Positions 51,601-63,540 of a DNA stretch of 63,540 nt are shown piece after piece (position 1 is the stretch's first letter; every line of letters starts with the position of its first letter). The stretch comes from Rhina ancylostomus (taxonomy: Eukaryota). Below the pieces are notes generated by a model. The model saw only the letters and a program-made list of their open reading frames with translations, was not told the DNA's origin and ran no database searches. Where the stretch lies: NCBI GenBank assembly GCA_030265395.1, contig JARFYF010000056.1:14684113-14747652 (forward strand), in the 5' to 3' direction. Both the position numbers and the translations under genes were made by a program.

Positions 51601-52559
51601 TTCAGACTTCCAAGCAAAATAGGGCGTGGAGAGATCACTGTATTGAATTGGCATCAGACCAAGCACATTTTGTTTTTAAAAAGGGACCCATTTCATTGAA
51701 TTGAGATAAACTCCACAGTAAATTGTTTAATATGAAAATGTAATGGGAGGAAGGGGAAGCCTAAAAAGGGAAAGGTGATGACATGGACCGTATTCCTGCC
51801 AAAATTCCTAAAGCCACACAAGGAGCAATGCTCTTTAAAGCAGTGGCCTAAATCACTAATTGGTTGAGGAACTGATCTTGCAATGAGGCTGTATCCATGA
51901 TCAATTTTATAGCTGAGTTAGCAAGTTCAAGTTTCTGGTTGGCCACACTCATCATCCCACCCTGCGACTTTAGAGGAGCTCTGCTCTCTTGTGCATTAGT
52001 TACCCTGTTCACACACCATTGACCGCTTGGCTTCAGCCTCAGGTTCTACAATTCCCTCCCCAAATCTTACCACTCTCTCTCTCCATTTAAGATTCTGCTT
52101 AAAACCTATGAATACAGAAAATATTTAGTCACGTGTTCCCTTTCTTTGTCTCAGTGCCATCTTAATACAACTCTGAAATTTTTGGGAAGTTTCACTCCAT
52201 TAATGGTGGTGTATGGAGGCAAATTATTGCTATTCCAATGTGTCTGCCTGAAAATGTTTGAACCATTTCAGATAACCAGATAATCATAAAATAATCCACT
52301 TTCAATCTGTCTGCTGCAAATCAGATTCTTCCTCAACAGTTGGAGAATCTTTTCAGGCTGCTCAAATGAACAATGGTCAATACTGTCAGCATATTTCCAC
52401 ATGCCTTTCCCAGTAGGTAACATCTAGCCATAGAAACTACACGAAAGAGACAGTGCAAAGTTAACTTCAATGTTGCATCAGGGGCAGAAAAAACAAAAGG
52501 AGAAAATAATTGCCTTCTCTAGTACAAATCCCTCAAGCTTCAAATTCTCACTACTCCAC

Positions 52560-53630
52560 CGTTTAAATAAATACTTAAGGATGTGGGTGTTGCTGGCAAG
52601 GTCACCAATTCCTAATAGCCCTTGAGAAAGATAGCTACCTTCTTGAACTGCCAAGGTCCTTTTCACTGCACTGTTAGGCAGGGAGTTTCAAAAATAAGGA
52701 AAGGGAATGTATTTCCAAGTTATGAACCTGCAGGTGATGGTGTTGACCTGAGCTTACTGCCCTTGTTCACCTCAGTGGAAGAGGTTGAGGATTTAGGAGG
52801 CAGTGTCAAACTAGCTGAAACAGGTAACAAGAAACGATACCCACAGGGTGTTTTTAAGGTTTACCATACAGATACTCAAGTTGCAGTTTCACCCAGGCAT
52901 GCCATTCTGCACTTTTTATTGACACCTGACTCAATAGCAGTTGGATAATTTGGGCCATGAGGTTATGTTGGAGTTAATTCTGCTGCAGCTGATGACCCAC
53001 AGCGACACATGGATACTTGGTTTTGTGCTGCCAGCTGTGTCCCAAATCTACCCAATTTGGCACAATGGTAGTGCTTCAAAACACAGTGGTCATGTCCTCA
53101 GCCTGCCTCCACAAGGATATGCAATGGTGACTCAGTAATACTATCAAGAACAATGCACGAGGTTGGTTAGATGTATTCTCCTTTGGTTTACTCAACATAC
53201 ATCACAGCCAAAGACAGACTGCTAATCCCTGTGGGACACATTCAGCAGTGGTACCACTGATCCACTGTTAGTGGAGAACATAAAATCCCAGTCTACAGTT
53301 TATGCCTTTCCTAATCTCAGTGCTTCTTTCAAGAATTATACAGGTGGGTTTACTGCCTCGTTGGATAATTGGTTGTTATCAGAAATTTCCTTTGTCCATG
53401 TCACATAGGGTCTGTAAATCACTGTTGAAAATTCCCAGGGCTGCTTCCTCCTGCCTGTACACTACAGTCTGTCACTTCTGCTGGGTCTGTCTGGCAGAAT
53501 GAACTCAGGAGTTGTAATGGAGTCTGGGACATTAGCTATGTTAGGTTGTAGCTTGACTAGTATGTGGGGCAAGTCTCCTAGTTAAACAGCTGTGCCCAGA
53601 CACTCATGTTGAGAACATTGTCATGTCAGA
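52560..53630 (-). mobile_element. Old CR1/L2-group LINE remnant (reverse orientation)
   Basis: The start at 52580-52650 is approximately the reverse complement of the 3' end at 15350-15420. The rest is decayed LINE-like sequence. Confidence 0.5.
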
Positions 53631-55319
53631 ATCCAGTTATCACGAGAGTCTTATTAGTGCATTTTCATAAATGACAGATTGCTTTCTGGAAAATCTATAA
53701 TTTCTATACTCAGAAATAGAAGCACCTAATGTACAAAATTAGGGTTCAACCATGAAATTTTGGCATTTCACAAAAGCTTTAAATCAGTTAAATTTTGTCT
53801 TCATCTTTCATTGCTTTTATGAGATTTTAATTTGGGCTCATCTTTTCCANNNNNNNNNNGGGACTCTTAAACATGCACAGGATTCTAAGCCTAACATTTG
53901 GATAATTACATCTGCCTCCTTTCTCCCACCACCCAAATCCATGGTAAAGGCACAAAAGCTCAGCCCAATTTTGGAAAATGAGATATTTTCCCCCTGGACA
54001 AGTGCTATCAGATAAACTATACAAGAATGTGATTGAATGTCAAAAACATCAGTATTAGTCAGTATCATGATTGATGGTTACACTAATTCAATGGTCCTCC
54101 CAAAACTATAACAGTTCAAATGGCATTATAATTCAAGCCCAAAAACCTCAGTTATGTTGTGACATATTTCTAATGCAAAAAGCCTCAGCTTCTAGCCTAC
54201 CCTGGGTATTCTTACTTCTCAGGATATCGTCAAAAGACAAGGTGAAAAAACAGATAACAGCCCTATGTGACACAAGAGGTGAAAAAATCTGCCACGTGGG
54301 GGGGAAAATTGAAGACTCTAAGGAAAAAACTTATTTCTAATTTTTATCTCCACAACTCTTGTGCAAAGCCATGGGGAATTAGTCAGTCTTAAATCAATAT
54401 CACAAAGTCTCATTATTGTGGGAGAACTGTGTTCATTGTGAAGAACATCAGCAATGAAGAACTCACATGTTCTCATAATTTGACCTCCTGGAATTAATAG
54501 CAATACCCAACCATAACAAACTCCACTAGTCTAACCTTTCCTTCTTAAGTTCATTGCACCAATGTAAATTTTTCCTGCTTTCAATAGCAACAATTCCCAT
54601 TACCTCTCTCGGCAGGACTGGCAACATGGTGAGAGCTTTACACTCTGGAACATCAGAAACAACTCGGATGCTAAAATATAATGGCTCTCTATGGCAACTG
54701 CAGTTCAAATGTATTTCATTGACCATAAAACACTTTGGGATGCTCTGAAGTCACAAATAGCACCATATTAATACACTGCCTCTTAGTGCAATTCATTTAA
54801 TATTGAATTTAATTAAACAGTGTGGAGCTGTGCCTCCTACCATTTGAGCTTCACATCAGTTGCAATTTAACTTCAGTTCCTAATTTATGTTAACAAGTAG
54901 CTTTGCTGGTCCTTTGCGAGTAAGATTTGGCCAATATTCAAGTGGCTGGCAAGTACAGTTCCNNNNNNNNNNNNNNNNNNNNNNNNNNNNNNNNNNNNNN
55001 NNNNNNNNNNNNNNNNNNNNNNNNNNNNNNNNNNNNNNNNNNNNNNNNNNNNNNNNNNNNNNCTCAGTTGTGAAAGTGTTCATGCACAAAGTTTAGTCTT
55101 TAGCCAGATGGAGATGCAACAAACAGGTTCATGCATAGCTCAAGGAATGTAGTGGCCTTTATATTTTATCTACAGTAAGAACAAGTTGCCTCTTATTGAG
55201 CATTATATGAAGCAGATACCTGGAGTTGATCATTGTACCAGAAATGTGGATTATAAAACAAAACTAGGAATTTCACAAGTTCTTAATGACATTCAATAAA
55301 AAACTGACCTGGACTTGGA

Positions 55320-57889
55320 AGTTTGTTGCAGCATAATTTATTTCAAAGTCTTCCTTGAGGTGTTTTTTTTAAAGTACAAAATATTGTGTACATTTCCTTC
55401 TAATGAAAATATATAGCATTGACTGACATTTTTATATCAAGAACAATTCAGCAAACTGAAAAATCATGGCAGCCATGAATAAAATAAATAAATTAAACCA
55501 GACATCAATTATCTTTAAGAAACATTTGCAAAGTGATGGCAGCTTTCTGAATGAACAAACAGTACTCAATTTATTTAAAACCAGAATCAAATACTGAATG
55601 GAATTTTTCCCTGTTGTGCAACAGAACCTTGAGGTTTCAGGCTGGGTATGGAATGATAATTCATCAATTAATACTGCAGGTAATCCTACTGAACAACAGT
55701 TAGACCTTTAAAGCATAGCTAGGTTTTAAAAAAAGATGCTGCTTGTGTGGCTGAGGAAGGGAATGCTGTGAAAGCAAATACAAAACATTTGGACTCTTCA
55801 TCAAAGCTGGACAAGCAGACACCATTATAATTGAATGAAAACATTTTCATTTTCTGTTCATAGACATAAAGGAATTTGGTCTCAACACATGCTTAAGATA
55901 GTTAATTGCAAAAGTCTAGAAAAGTAACCAAAAAAAATAAGGAGCAAGATCCCTTAGGTTAAATATCTAAAACAGCAGGCTTGTTTTGTGGCACAAGATG
56001 AATTATGAGCTTCTCCCCTACAAATATGCTGGAAGAGCATCATGGGAATGTACTTGACTCCAAATTCACAATTTAACTATTGCACTGGGATAATATTTGA
56101 CACATCTTTATATCCTCACAAGATCAGGCTATTCCATCTGCTAAAAAAACATTAAAAGGGCTCAGAATTGACAGCAATCTATCTCTTTAGTATCACGGGA
56201 AAATCTCTCTTTCTATTAAACAAAGATTGTTTTCAAATTGAAGTTAAAACAAAAGGACACTTTGCCAGAATAAATGATCCTTGGTCAGTGAAACCAGGTC
56301 AGCAATATTTCTGCATGCTTATAAATAATTAAGCAAATCTTGTCTATCAGTGGAACCTTGATTCCTTGCAGACAATAGATAACAAACTACTACCCTGTTT
56401 AGCACCTTTACATTAAAGTGAAGTGACACTGCCACTAGGAAAAGGCATCAAATCTTTTCCCACAGAAACGTACGCACTAGGCTCTAACTAGTGCACACTT
56501 TAAAGTGGTACCGCTACAACAATTTGTTATAATATTGACTTTCATTCAGGCAAATTCTGTTAAGCATCATTATTTTATCAATGAAAAAATATATCTTCCA
56601 AAAATATAACAACATTTTTCACTGACTCTGTGTACAAGGAGTCAGAACAAAAACGAATTTGGAGAACATTCCTGGTTGGTATCGTCACAAAGAAAGCACT
56701 GCACTTGGGTGTGATTAAAACATACCAAAACTATCCCTAAATATCTAATGAGTATGATCAATTCAACAGAGAGAAATGCAAGATTCTTTCAAACTTTTAA
56801 TACCTGGACACAGAGGTAAAGTTATTTAAATATTAAATGAGATACAGTCAAAATGCTAACAGTTATGCCACATGGTATAGGATCTGATCATGAAACTCAA
56901 ATTTGTGTATTCGATTCTGAAGGTGGTATACGCAAGAGTACAAATTCAACAAGGAGGCTAATTTCTGGTGTGAATTAGATGAAAATGAAATGGAGAAGAG
57001 CAAGCTCGACATCTCAAATAATATTAAGTTAGCACATTGTCTGCAAACTCCCCGATGCCTATGCCAAAGCAGCCACAATTATTGAATAAATGAAAGGATT
57101 TTAGCTTGGTAAAGTTAAATATTACTTGAAATTAGAACCGGAGGTGTTGGATCAGAGGATATTTAAATTAATTAGTGTGGAGGAGGTTAGGAGCTCTTCC
57201 ACTTGAGACTGATGCACGTTTGGAATTATTAGTCCGGTAAGGTACATTGGGGACAGTCTGATACCACACACCATACATGGAGAATGACAGCACTAGAGGG
57301 ATCAGAGCAAGATCACAACCTTTTGCTCCAAAATAAAACAAAACATATCAATAGAAGTCTAAATTCACTGCCCAGCTCTTTCAATTTTGTTGACTTCAAA
57401 AGGAGAAAAAGGGCAAAGGAAAGAGAGGTGGAATAGAAAATTAAACATAAATCAGACACAGATTGATATAATGCAATACATCCACCCCTCATCCTACTGA
57501 ATTTTACATTTGTCAAGGCATTGTGTAAAAGGGTGCTCGGATGAGATATCACTGGGTTTCCAATTCCACAGAATCACACCAAATTCAGCAATCAGAAGTG
57601 GGGAGGAAAGGGATGATGTGTGGGGCATCATGCAAATTCCTCTAAAAAGGCACACAAACAACTTAAATTTTTTTTTCATATTGTCTAAAGCAGGTGGAAT
57701 TTCTGGAAAATAGTCACACAAGTCACATGTTAGACCTAAACTTAAACACTGCATTCAGTCCAGACTGAAATACTTAAAAGTGAAGGTGTGACCTGGGGCA
57801 AGAAGAGGCCTGTGAATCTCCTCCCCAGAAAGACTACCTATGCAAAACAGATGAGTCACTTTCCTTCTGGAACGTATTTTAAAATAGTC
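55320..57889 (-). other. qsox2: Probable QSOX2 3'UTR (~2.5 kb) with candidate poly(A) signals
   Basis: AT-rich sequence with no obvious repeats after the stop codon. Minus-strand AATAAA (plus tttatt) at 55570-55575 and 55337-55342, the latter preceded by TGTA elements. The true end is inferred. Confidence 0.5.
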
Positions 57890-58413
57890 TTAAACACAAG
57901 GACGGTTATGTCTGCTTTTCCACCGTTTGGACCTCATTTGGAAGTAGAAGTACATGATCATTAGGAAAAAACAGGAAGCTGCATACAGCATGACACAAAG
58001 ACTCATGTCTGCATTGGAAAAGCCTATTCCAAAAAATGAAACCTGTTTAATTTCTTTTCTGTGGCTGGCTATGTTCTGTTCTCGCTTCACCAAGGCACTG
58101 TATCTTGAGTTTTGGTCTATGTTCGGGACGTTGACTTTTTGCTCCTTTTGGCCATTTATCAATTGGGGTCGCCCTTGTTCTTTACCCTTCTTTCCATTAT
58201 TTTTTAGAGCTTTATTGACTGCCAAGTGGGTTTGAGGTTCATGTCCACTATGTTTATACGAAATATTATCCACACTGTAATGAGATTTCAAAAATTTCAG
58301 AACCTCCTCTTCCTTCCAGATATGGAGGCCTTTGATTTCATCATGACATAAAGGACAGCGGTCAGGAGTTGGCCATGCCACTTTAGGGAACCTTGGATCC
58401 TCACTTGGAGCAC
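57890..58413 (-). CDS. qsox2: QSOX2 (sulfhydryl oxidase 2) terminal coding exon
   Basis: Encodes (G)APSEDPRFPKVAWPTPDRCPLCHDEIKGL (end of the Erv/ALR domain with its CxxC), a linker, then FSNADMSLCVMLYAASCFFLMIMYFYF (transmembrane) and the basic tail RSKRWK..RPCV*. Acceptor gatttag|GT, stop TAA at 57892-57890. The EIKGL and RSxRWK tail plus LHX3 adjacency indicate QSOX2, not QSOX1. Confidence 0.95.
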
Positions 58414-61400
58414 CTAAATCAGCAAAAATCAACAGTTAGATAACATTAGAAGTGTCCTATCCACAGATAATTCTCGAAATAGACAAGAGTAGCTATTTAG
58501 ATTACACTCAGATTCACATACCTTTTAAAAAAAAGCATCTTAGCTATCAAATTAACTGTTTTAATACTCATGTACCACCGATGAGTAATCCAATCATAAT
58601 ACACAATCTGGATGGTAAAGACACTGAATTTTTCCAGCAGTAATGGCTTTGCATTAGGTGCATACATCATAGTCTGCATTTCCACTGGCTGCATCTAACA
58701 CCTACATGGGATTATGAATTTAAATTGGAATTCACAAGTATTTATTTTGAGTAAGAATATTCATGGGCACAAAAGCATAAACACCTGGTCAACGGGCACT
58801 TTATTGATTCCTCTATCATCTCATTCCCACCACCCACTTGCAGAATAATCAGATCCAACATCTAACTGGCTGCCACTTGGGTTCAAATTTACAGGAAAAG
58901 ATCAGAATTAAACCGAAATTTCTTCTCATTGTTATTTTCTCTTCATTTCTGATGTTGATTGCATCACAAATCTGTTGGAATGGTCATACTATTACCCAAC
59001 CTGAGAACAAGAATGAATTAAATACATTCTCAAATTTAACTTTGAAAAAATATCACTCAAATGGAGGATTTTAGTACCTTTAATGCATAGGGGTTTTCTT
59101 CATCTGCACACAGAAATCCACATTTTTACTATGCAGTAGAACTCCAATATTTTTAAAAATATACATGTGCCAGGTTTCAGGGACTTGCTGCTAGTTGACT
59201 CACTGAGTCGCTTGCATTATAGGTTGATAACATTCCATAGATGCCCTTTCTTTTGTAGTGCTTAAGTTGACTAGTTCAGAGAGCTCTTTCAGTCCATCTG
59301 ACTTTTGACCCCAAGCTATCCATAATGATTATCACAACATATGAGGTGGCGGCAGCAGATGGAGAAACACAAGCTTGGTCAGAGAAGTGGCTTTTGAGAA
59401 AGGTCTTATGAAGGAACTGTGGTGGAAAGTATGGCAGAATTAGGGAGGATATTCCAGACCAAGAGGTCCTTTGTAGTTGAAACAAATCAAAAGAGGGTTC
59501 TGGGCATAGGGAGATTATATCAGGAGTTAAACAAGAGAATGTTACATTTGATTCTATATGGGACCATGAGTCAGTAAATGGCATAGGGAAAGAGTCAACC
59601 TGGACACGTACAAGAAGATGGAGTGACAGACAGCAGTATTCACAATGAGTTGAAGGTTGGTGGAAAGCCCACCAAATGAGTACTGAAACAATCAAGATGA
59701 ATGGTCAATGAGCATTTCAGGAGCAGGTGGATAGAGGCAAGTCATGTTACAGAAGTAGGTAGGCTGTGTGATGAATAGATTAGGTCAAAAAGAATTCAGA
59801 GGATAATTCTACAAAGTAGTAGAAAAGGGGGCAGAGTCAATGTCAAGAGTAGGGTTTTCGGAGTGAGCTGGAGGCACTGGTTTCTTTTTCTTCAATGTCG
59901 TGATGTAGCCAGAAGTTGTGTCCTACCAATCTAAGGTGCATGACATTTAAACAAAAGTGAAGCTCTGATACTTAAAACTAGTCCCAAAAATATGAGAAGT
60001 CACACATTTTATGATGAAATTTAATACTGAATTATGGCAAACAGGCCAGAAGGATTGAATGGCCTACTCCTATTTTAACGTGTGAACAGCTCTGTATTCT
60101 GTCTTGCTGTCCTACTATAAACACTTGGAAGACTTCAGATACTACTCATTGAACTTAACTGTCTTTTCCAATTTGCCAATGACTTCCTGTCTTGTTGTGA
60201 ACCATTATTTCATGAAAACAGGCCATTTTGTTGAAATTAGTTATGGAAAATGTTCCAACAGTAGTACAATTCCTTGCTTTAATCAGGAGGTGCACAATGA
60301 ACATGGTCTTTATAAGCAGCAGTGAGGAAAGCTATGGGTACACTGTGAAAAGAATTTAATTTCAATGAAAATGATTCTATACTAACTTCACATTTATGCC
60401 TGATCGAAGACCATATTTCTGCATTTTATAAGCAGCTGGGTAGTGCAAATTCTGACACTAGAATTCACTCAAAAATGGCAGTAAATGCCCATCCTTTGAA
60501 GGCGTAAATTAATCTTCATTTACTGAAAACTGAAGCCCTCTGTAGTTGCATAAGCACAGCGGTGATAAGTATAATTCATTGGGGGTAACTCTTCAGTACC
60601 TATTATATAAGAAAATATGCCCAGTCTGCAACATTGTAATGTCATATTTTCTACTTTGCCAGTTGAGAAGAGACTTGAACTAATCTCATTTCTGTGCATA
60701 AATGTTATCGCAAAGGGTGCACAGGAACTGCTAATTTAAAATAATGCAGCATCATTGTAGAAAAATTAAAGGAATCAGTCTTGGTTTCTAAAACAAGGTT
60801 AACTTCTGAAAGTTTTAAGCATACAGTGCCTAAAGGTACGCTCTGACAGATGCATTATTCAGTTTTAACTGCCTCCTCTACCAGCTGTTTCTTTGAAGCC
60901 TTTTTTGTATAGGCCTTGGGTCTGGTTAACAATTCATTACAACACAAGCAAAACAAAACCAACTGACTCCTACTTTGTGAATTGTGAATGCAGCAGGATT
61001 CTCTTTTTCACTGGTTACTGGTCGACAGACGACAGGTTGTGTGTCATAATTCTCCAAAGTTGGGGTGGGAGGGGGTAGGGCGGAAAGGGCTGAATTTCCT
61101 AATGTGACCACCTCTTGGGTGCCACAGTGACCTCTCTTACTTGATGCATCTGAACAGTCAGTTACAGAAACACAATGGACATGCAAGTCCTGTGCTGTTT
61201 ATAGTGGCAAAATAAAATAAACTGAACGATAGAACACAGCTGTCCTGTAAGCCTTGGTCTATATTTCCTTCACACCACACAAAAAAAGCAGACTGCTATT
61301 CAGATAAACCGGCTGAAGCACACAAGTAGCCACTACAAGTTGACTAGTGTAGCTGCAGCTGCAGAGCACAATTAATTTGTGCACACCCCTGCTGTGGTGT

Positions 61401-62384
61401 TATTGTACGTTTGTCAGTATCAATCATTGTTCTCGCCATTTGGCCTTGTGTTAGTAAATGGGATCCATTTTATGGATCATTAGACAGGCTTGGGTATTCA
61501 GTATATGGTATAGATAGAGAAAAATATATATGGAATAAGACAGGCTACGCTGCCCTCTAAGGGTGGCCCTTTACGAAAAGGCGACAATTCATCTATATTG
61601 GGGAGCAATAATTCAGAAATACGTGCTTCAGAAGATGCCCTCTCCTTTCTTTTTTGACGTTAGCAAAACAGTACTTAACAGTCCACTTGCATTCAAGTGG
61701 TAATTGAATACAACTTCTAAAGAATGACCTCTCAACAATGGAGATGCAGAACAAAACAGGCAATTTACATACTACATGTTTACAACATCATAGGATATGC
61801 AAAGCCAGGTTAAGTTAACCATTGCAATTCCCCAACTGAAATGTTCACATTTTTTTTAAAAGGAAACTAACATTGGAATAAGTTAACAGTGCAACCTCAT
61901 AATATGCATTTGTTGAAGTATAACATTTTGTTCCTAAGCCTCTCCTAATAAAAGTAAATAACATGCACCTAATTCCTGATGTTCTCCACTTACCAAAAGA
62001 AGTGACTGTACCTGTACTGTCAGTCGACAAATGCATCTGTATAAAGTTGGGCAGATATAAGATCTGGAATATTGGTAGGGCTAGGGGACGGTTGAATTTC
62101 CAGGGGAAAAGGGAGAGAGTCCAGATCAACTGGAAGTAGGAGTTGGAAATCCCAGCTCTGAGCACTGAAGCTAACTACAATGTCTTTTGAACAGATTATT
62201 GATTCTTGGAGACCCCAACCTCAGTTTGAAGATCAGTATCAATTCCATCCATTTTGAGGCACACTGGACATGATCTTCATTGCACCACCACTCCAGAACA
62301 AAAATAAAGGGGGCAGTATCAACTGCTATACACGAACTCTCAACCTTATTAAAGTCTTTGACTCCACAATCAGGAGGGATTATC

Positions 62385-63335
62385 AAACATCCTCCACAAA
62401 TTGAACTGCCCACAAAAATTTGTTACAATATTACATTTGCTTCATGACAGCATGCAAGCAATGATCCTAACCAATGCGCCTACAACAGAGCCAAATTCAG
62501 TGAAGATAGATGCCAAACAAAGTTGCATCAATGATCTGACACTTCTCTTAATCTTCTCACCACAATGCGACCACCTCACTTCCAACAAACTTTCTGCAGG
62601 AATGGAGCTAATCTTCAGAACTAATAGGAAACTGTTCAAACTACACTCGAGAACCAAGAATGCCCAAACCTCAGTAGTCTGACTGCAGGATGTAGACGAC
62701 ACTTGCATTTGTATGTGCTTGCAAACAGTGTTTTGCCATTCGAAGCCATTACTGACCCATTCATTGAAACATTATGGAAGGATGGGCCTTACATTCAACA
62801 TCCACAAGACAAAAGGTCCTCTACCAACCTGCCCCTGCTGCACAACACTGCCTTCCAAGAATAAAGGCTCGCGACCAGACCCTTGCAAAAGTGAATCACG
62901 TTCTCACCTCAGAAGACCCCACAGGATGAAGACAGATGTTAATGATGAAATTCACCATTACCTTCAACATGCTCGCACAGCCAATTCTGCAAAAGGGTAT
63001 CTGAAGATTGAGCACAAAACTCATGGCCTACCAGGGTTGCAGTGATACCAAACCAATGCATTTTTGAGATTTGGACTTCTTACAGCAGGTGACTCAATGT
63101 ACTGGAAAGATACCACCAATGTCACTTCCAAACCAACCAACATCAAGTGTCCTCTTCCAGATCAACATGCTCAGCAATGAGACCCTAATTAGAGTCAGTT
63201 AGTTCTACTGGGCAGGCAATGTCATTTGCATTCCTGACACCAGAATCCTGAAACAATTATTCTATTGCATGCTCTGTAACAGAAAGAAATTTCTAGGCAA
63301 ACAGTTAAAAAATTCCAGGATGTTTGCAAAGCCTC
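62385..63335 (+). mobile_element. RTE-clade LINE RT remnant
   Basis: CPQKFVTILHLLHDSMQA, a KQxC (GVKQGC) remnant, GMELIFRTNRKLF, a decayed YADD (gatgtagacgac), MGLTFNIHKTK and WAGxV. Confidence 0.8.
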
Positions 63336-63349
63336 TGTTTATAATGGCA

Positions 63350-63540
63350 AACAGCTGGATGAACTCCAGATCATTCGGGAAACTGAAATGATAGACAGGA
63401 GTTACTGGGAGGCAGTTACATCTAGGTTGTTGGAAGCAGGTAGCTGGGTGACAGCCAGGGGAGGGAAAGAGAATAGGCAGTCAGTGCAGGGTACCCCTGA
63501 AGGCTGTTCCCCTCAATAACAAGTATATTGCTTTGGAGAC
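63350..63540 (+). mobile_element. CR1 LINE ORF1 fragment running off the window
   Basis: QLDELQIIRE..IDRSY and WVTARGGK..RQSVQGTP..VPLNNKY resemble CR1 ORF1 of fish/shark elements. Confidence 0.55.

Noticed and set aside
58414-63540. Penultimate QSOX2 exon (FFGCxxC...HNxVNxRL)
   Set aside because: Not found by inspection; presumably beyond the right edge of the window.

Overview
Vertebrate genomic DNA, most likely a cartilaginous fish (inferred from V-SINE/HE1-like SINEs, CR1, Rex1/Babar, RTE and abundant Penelope-like repeats), from a gapped assembly. Two genes lie on the minus strand. The first is the 5' two-thirds of LHX3: exon 1a 41736-41664 (not in the ORF track; MLLEHPGS...), exon 2 27107-26936 (LIM1), exon 3 3343-3141 (LIM2) and exon 4 2223-2072 (most of the homeodomain). 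All junctions are GT-AG and phase-compatible; the remaining exons lie left of the window. The second is the last coding exon and 3'UTR of QSOX2 (58413-57890), giving the conserved QSOX2-LHX3 tandem. The best second-look items are: (1) minimal hammerhead-ribozyme motifs in Penelope-like termini, best copy 44616-44651, sitting in a TSD-flanked unit nested in an older copy, with many termini arranged as fold-back inverted pairs; (2) an old, degenerate ~25-bp satellite that inflates LHX3 intron 2 to 23.6 kb and includes an inverted block; (3) a ~29-kb CpG-retaining domain; (4) a candidate alternative first exon/promoter; (5) candidate enhancers, one in the QSOX2 last intron. I found no demonstrably new biological system; these are testable leads. 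Repeat boundaries are approximate and read by eye.
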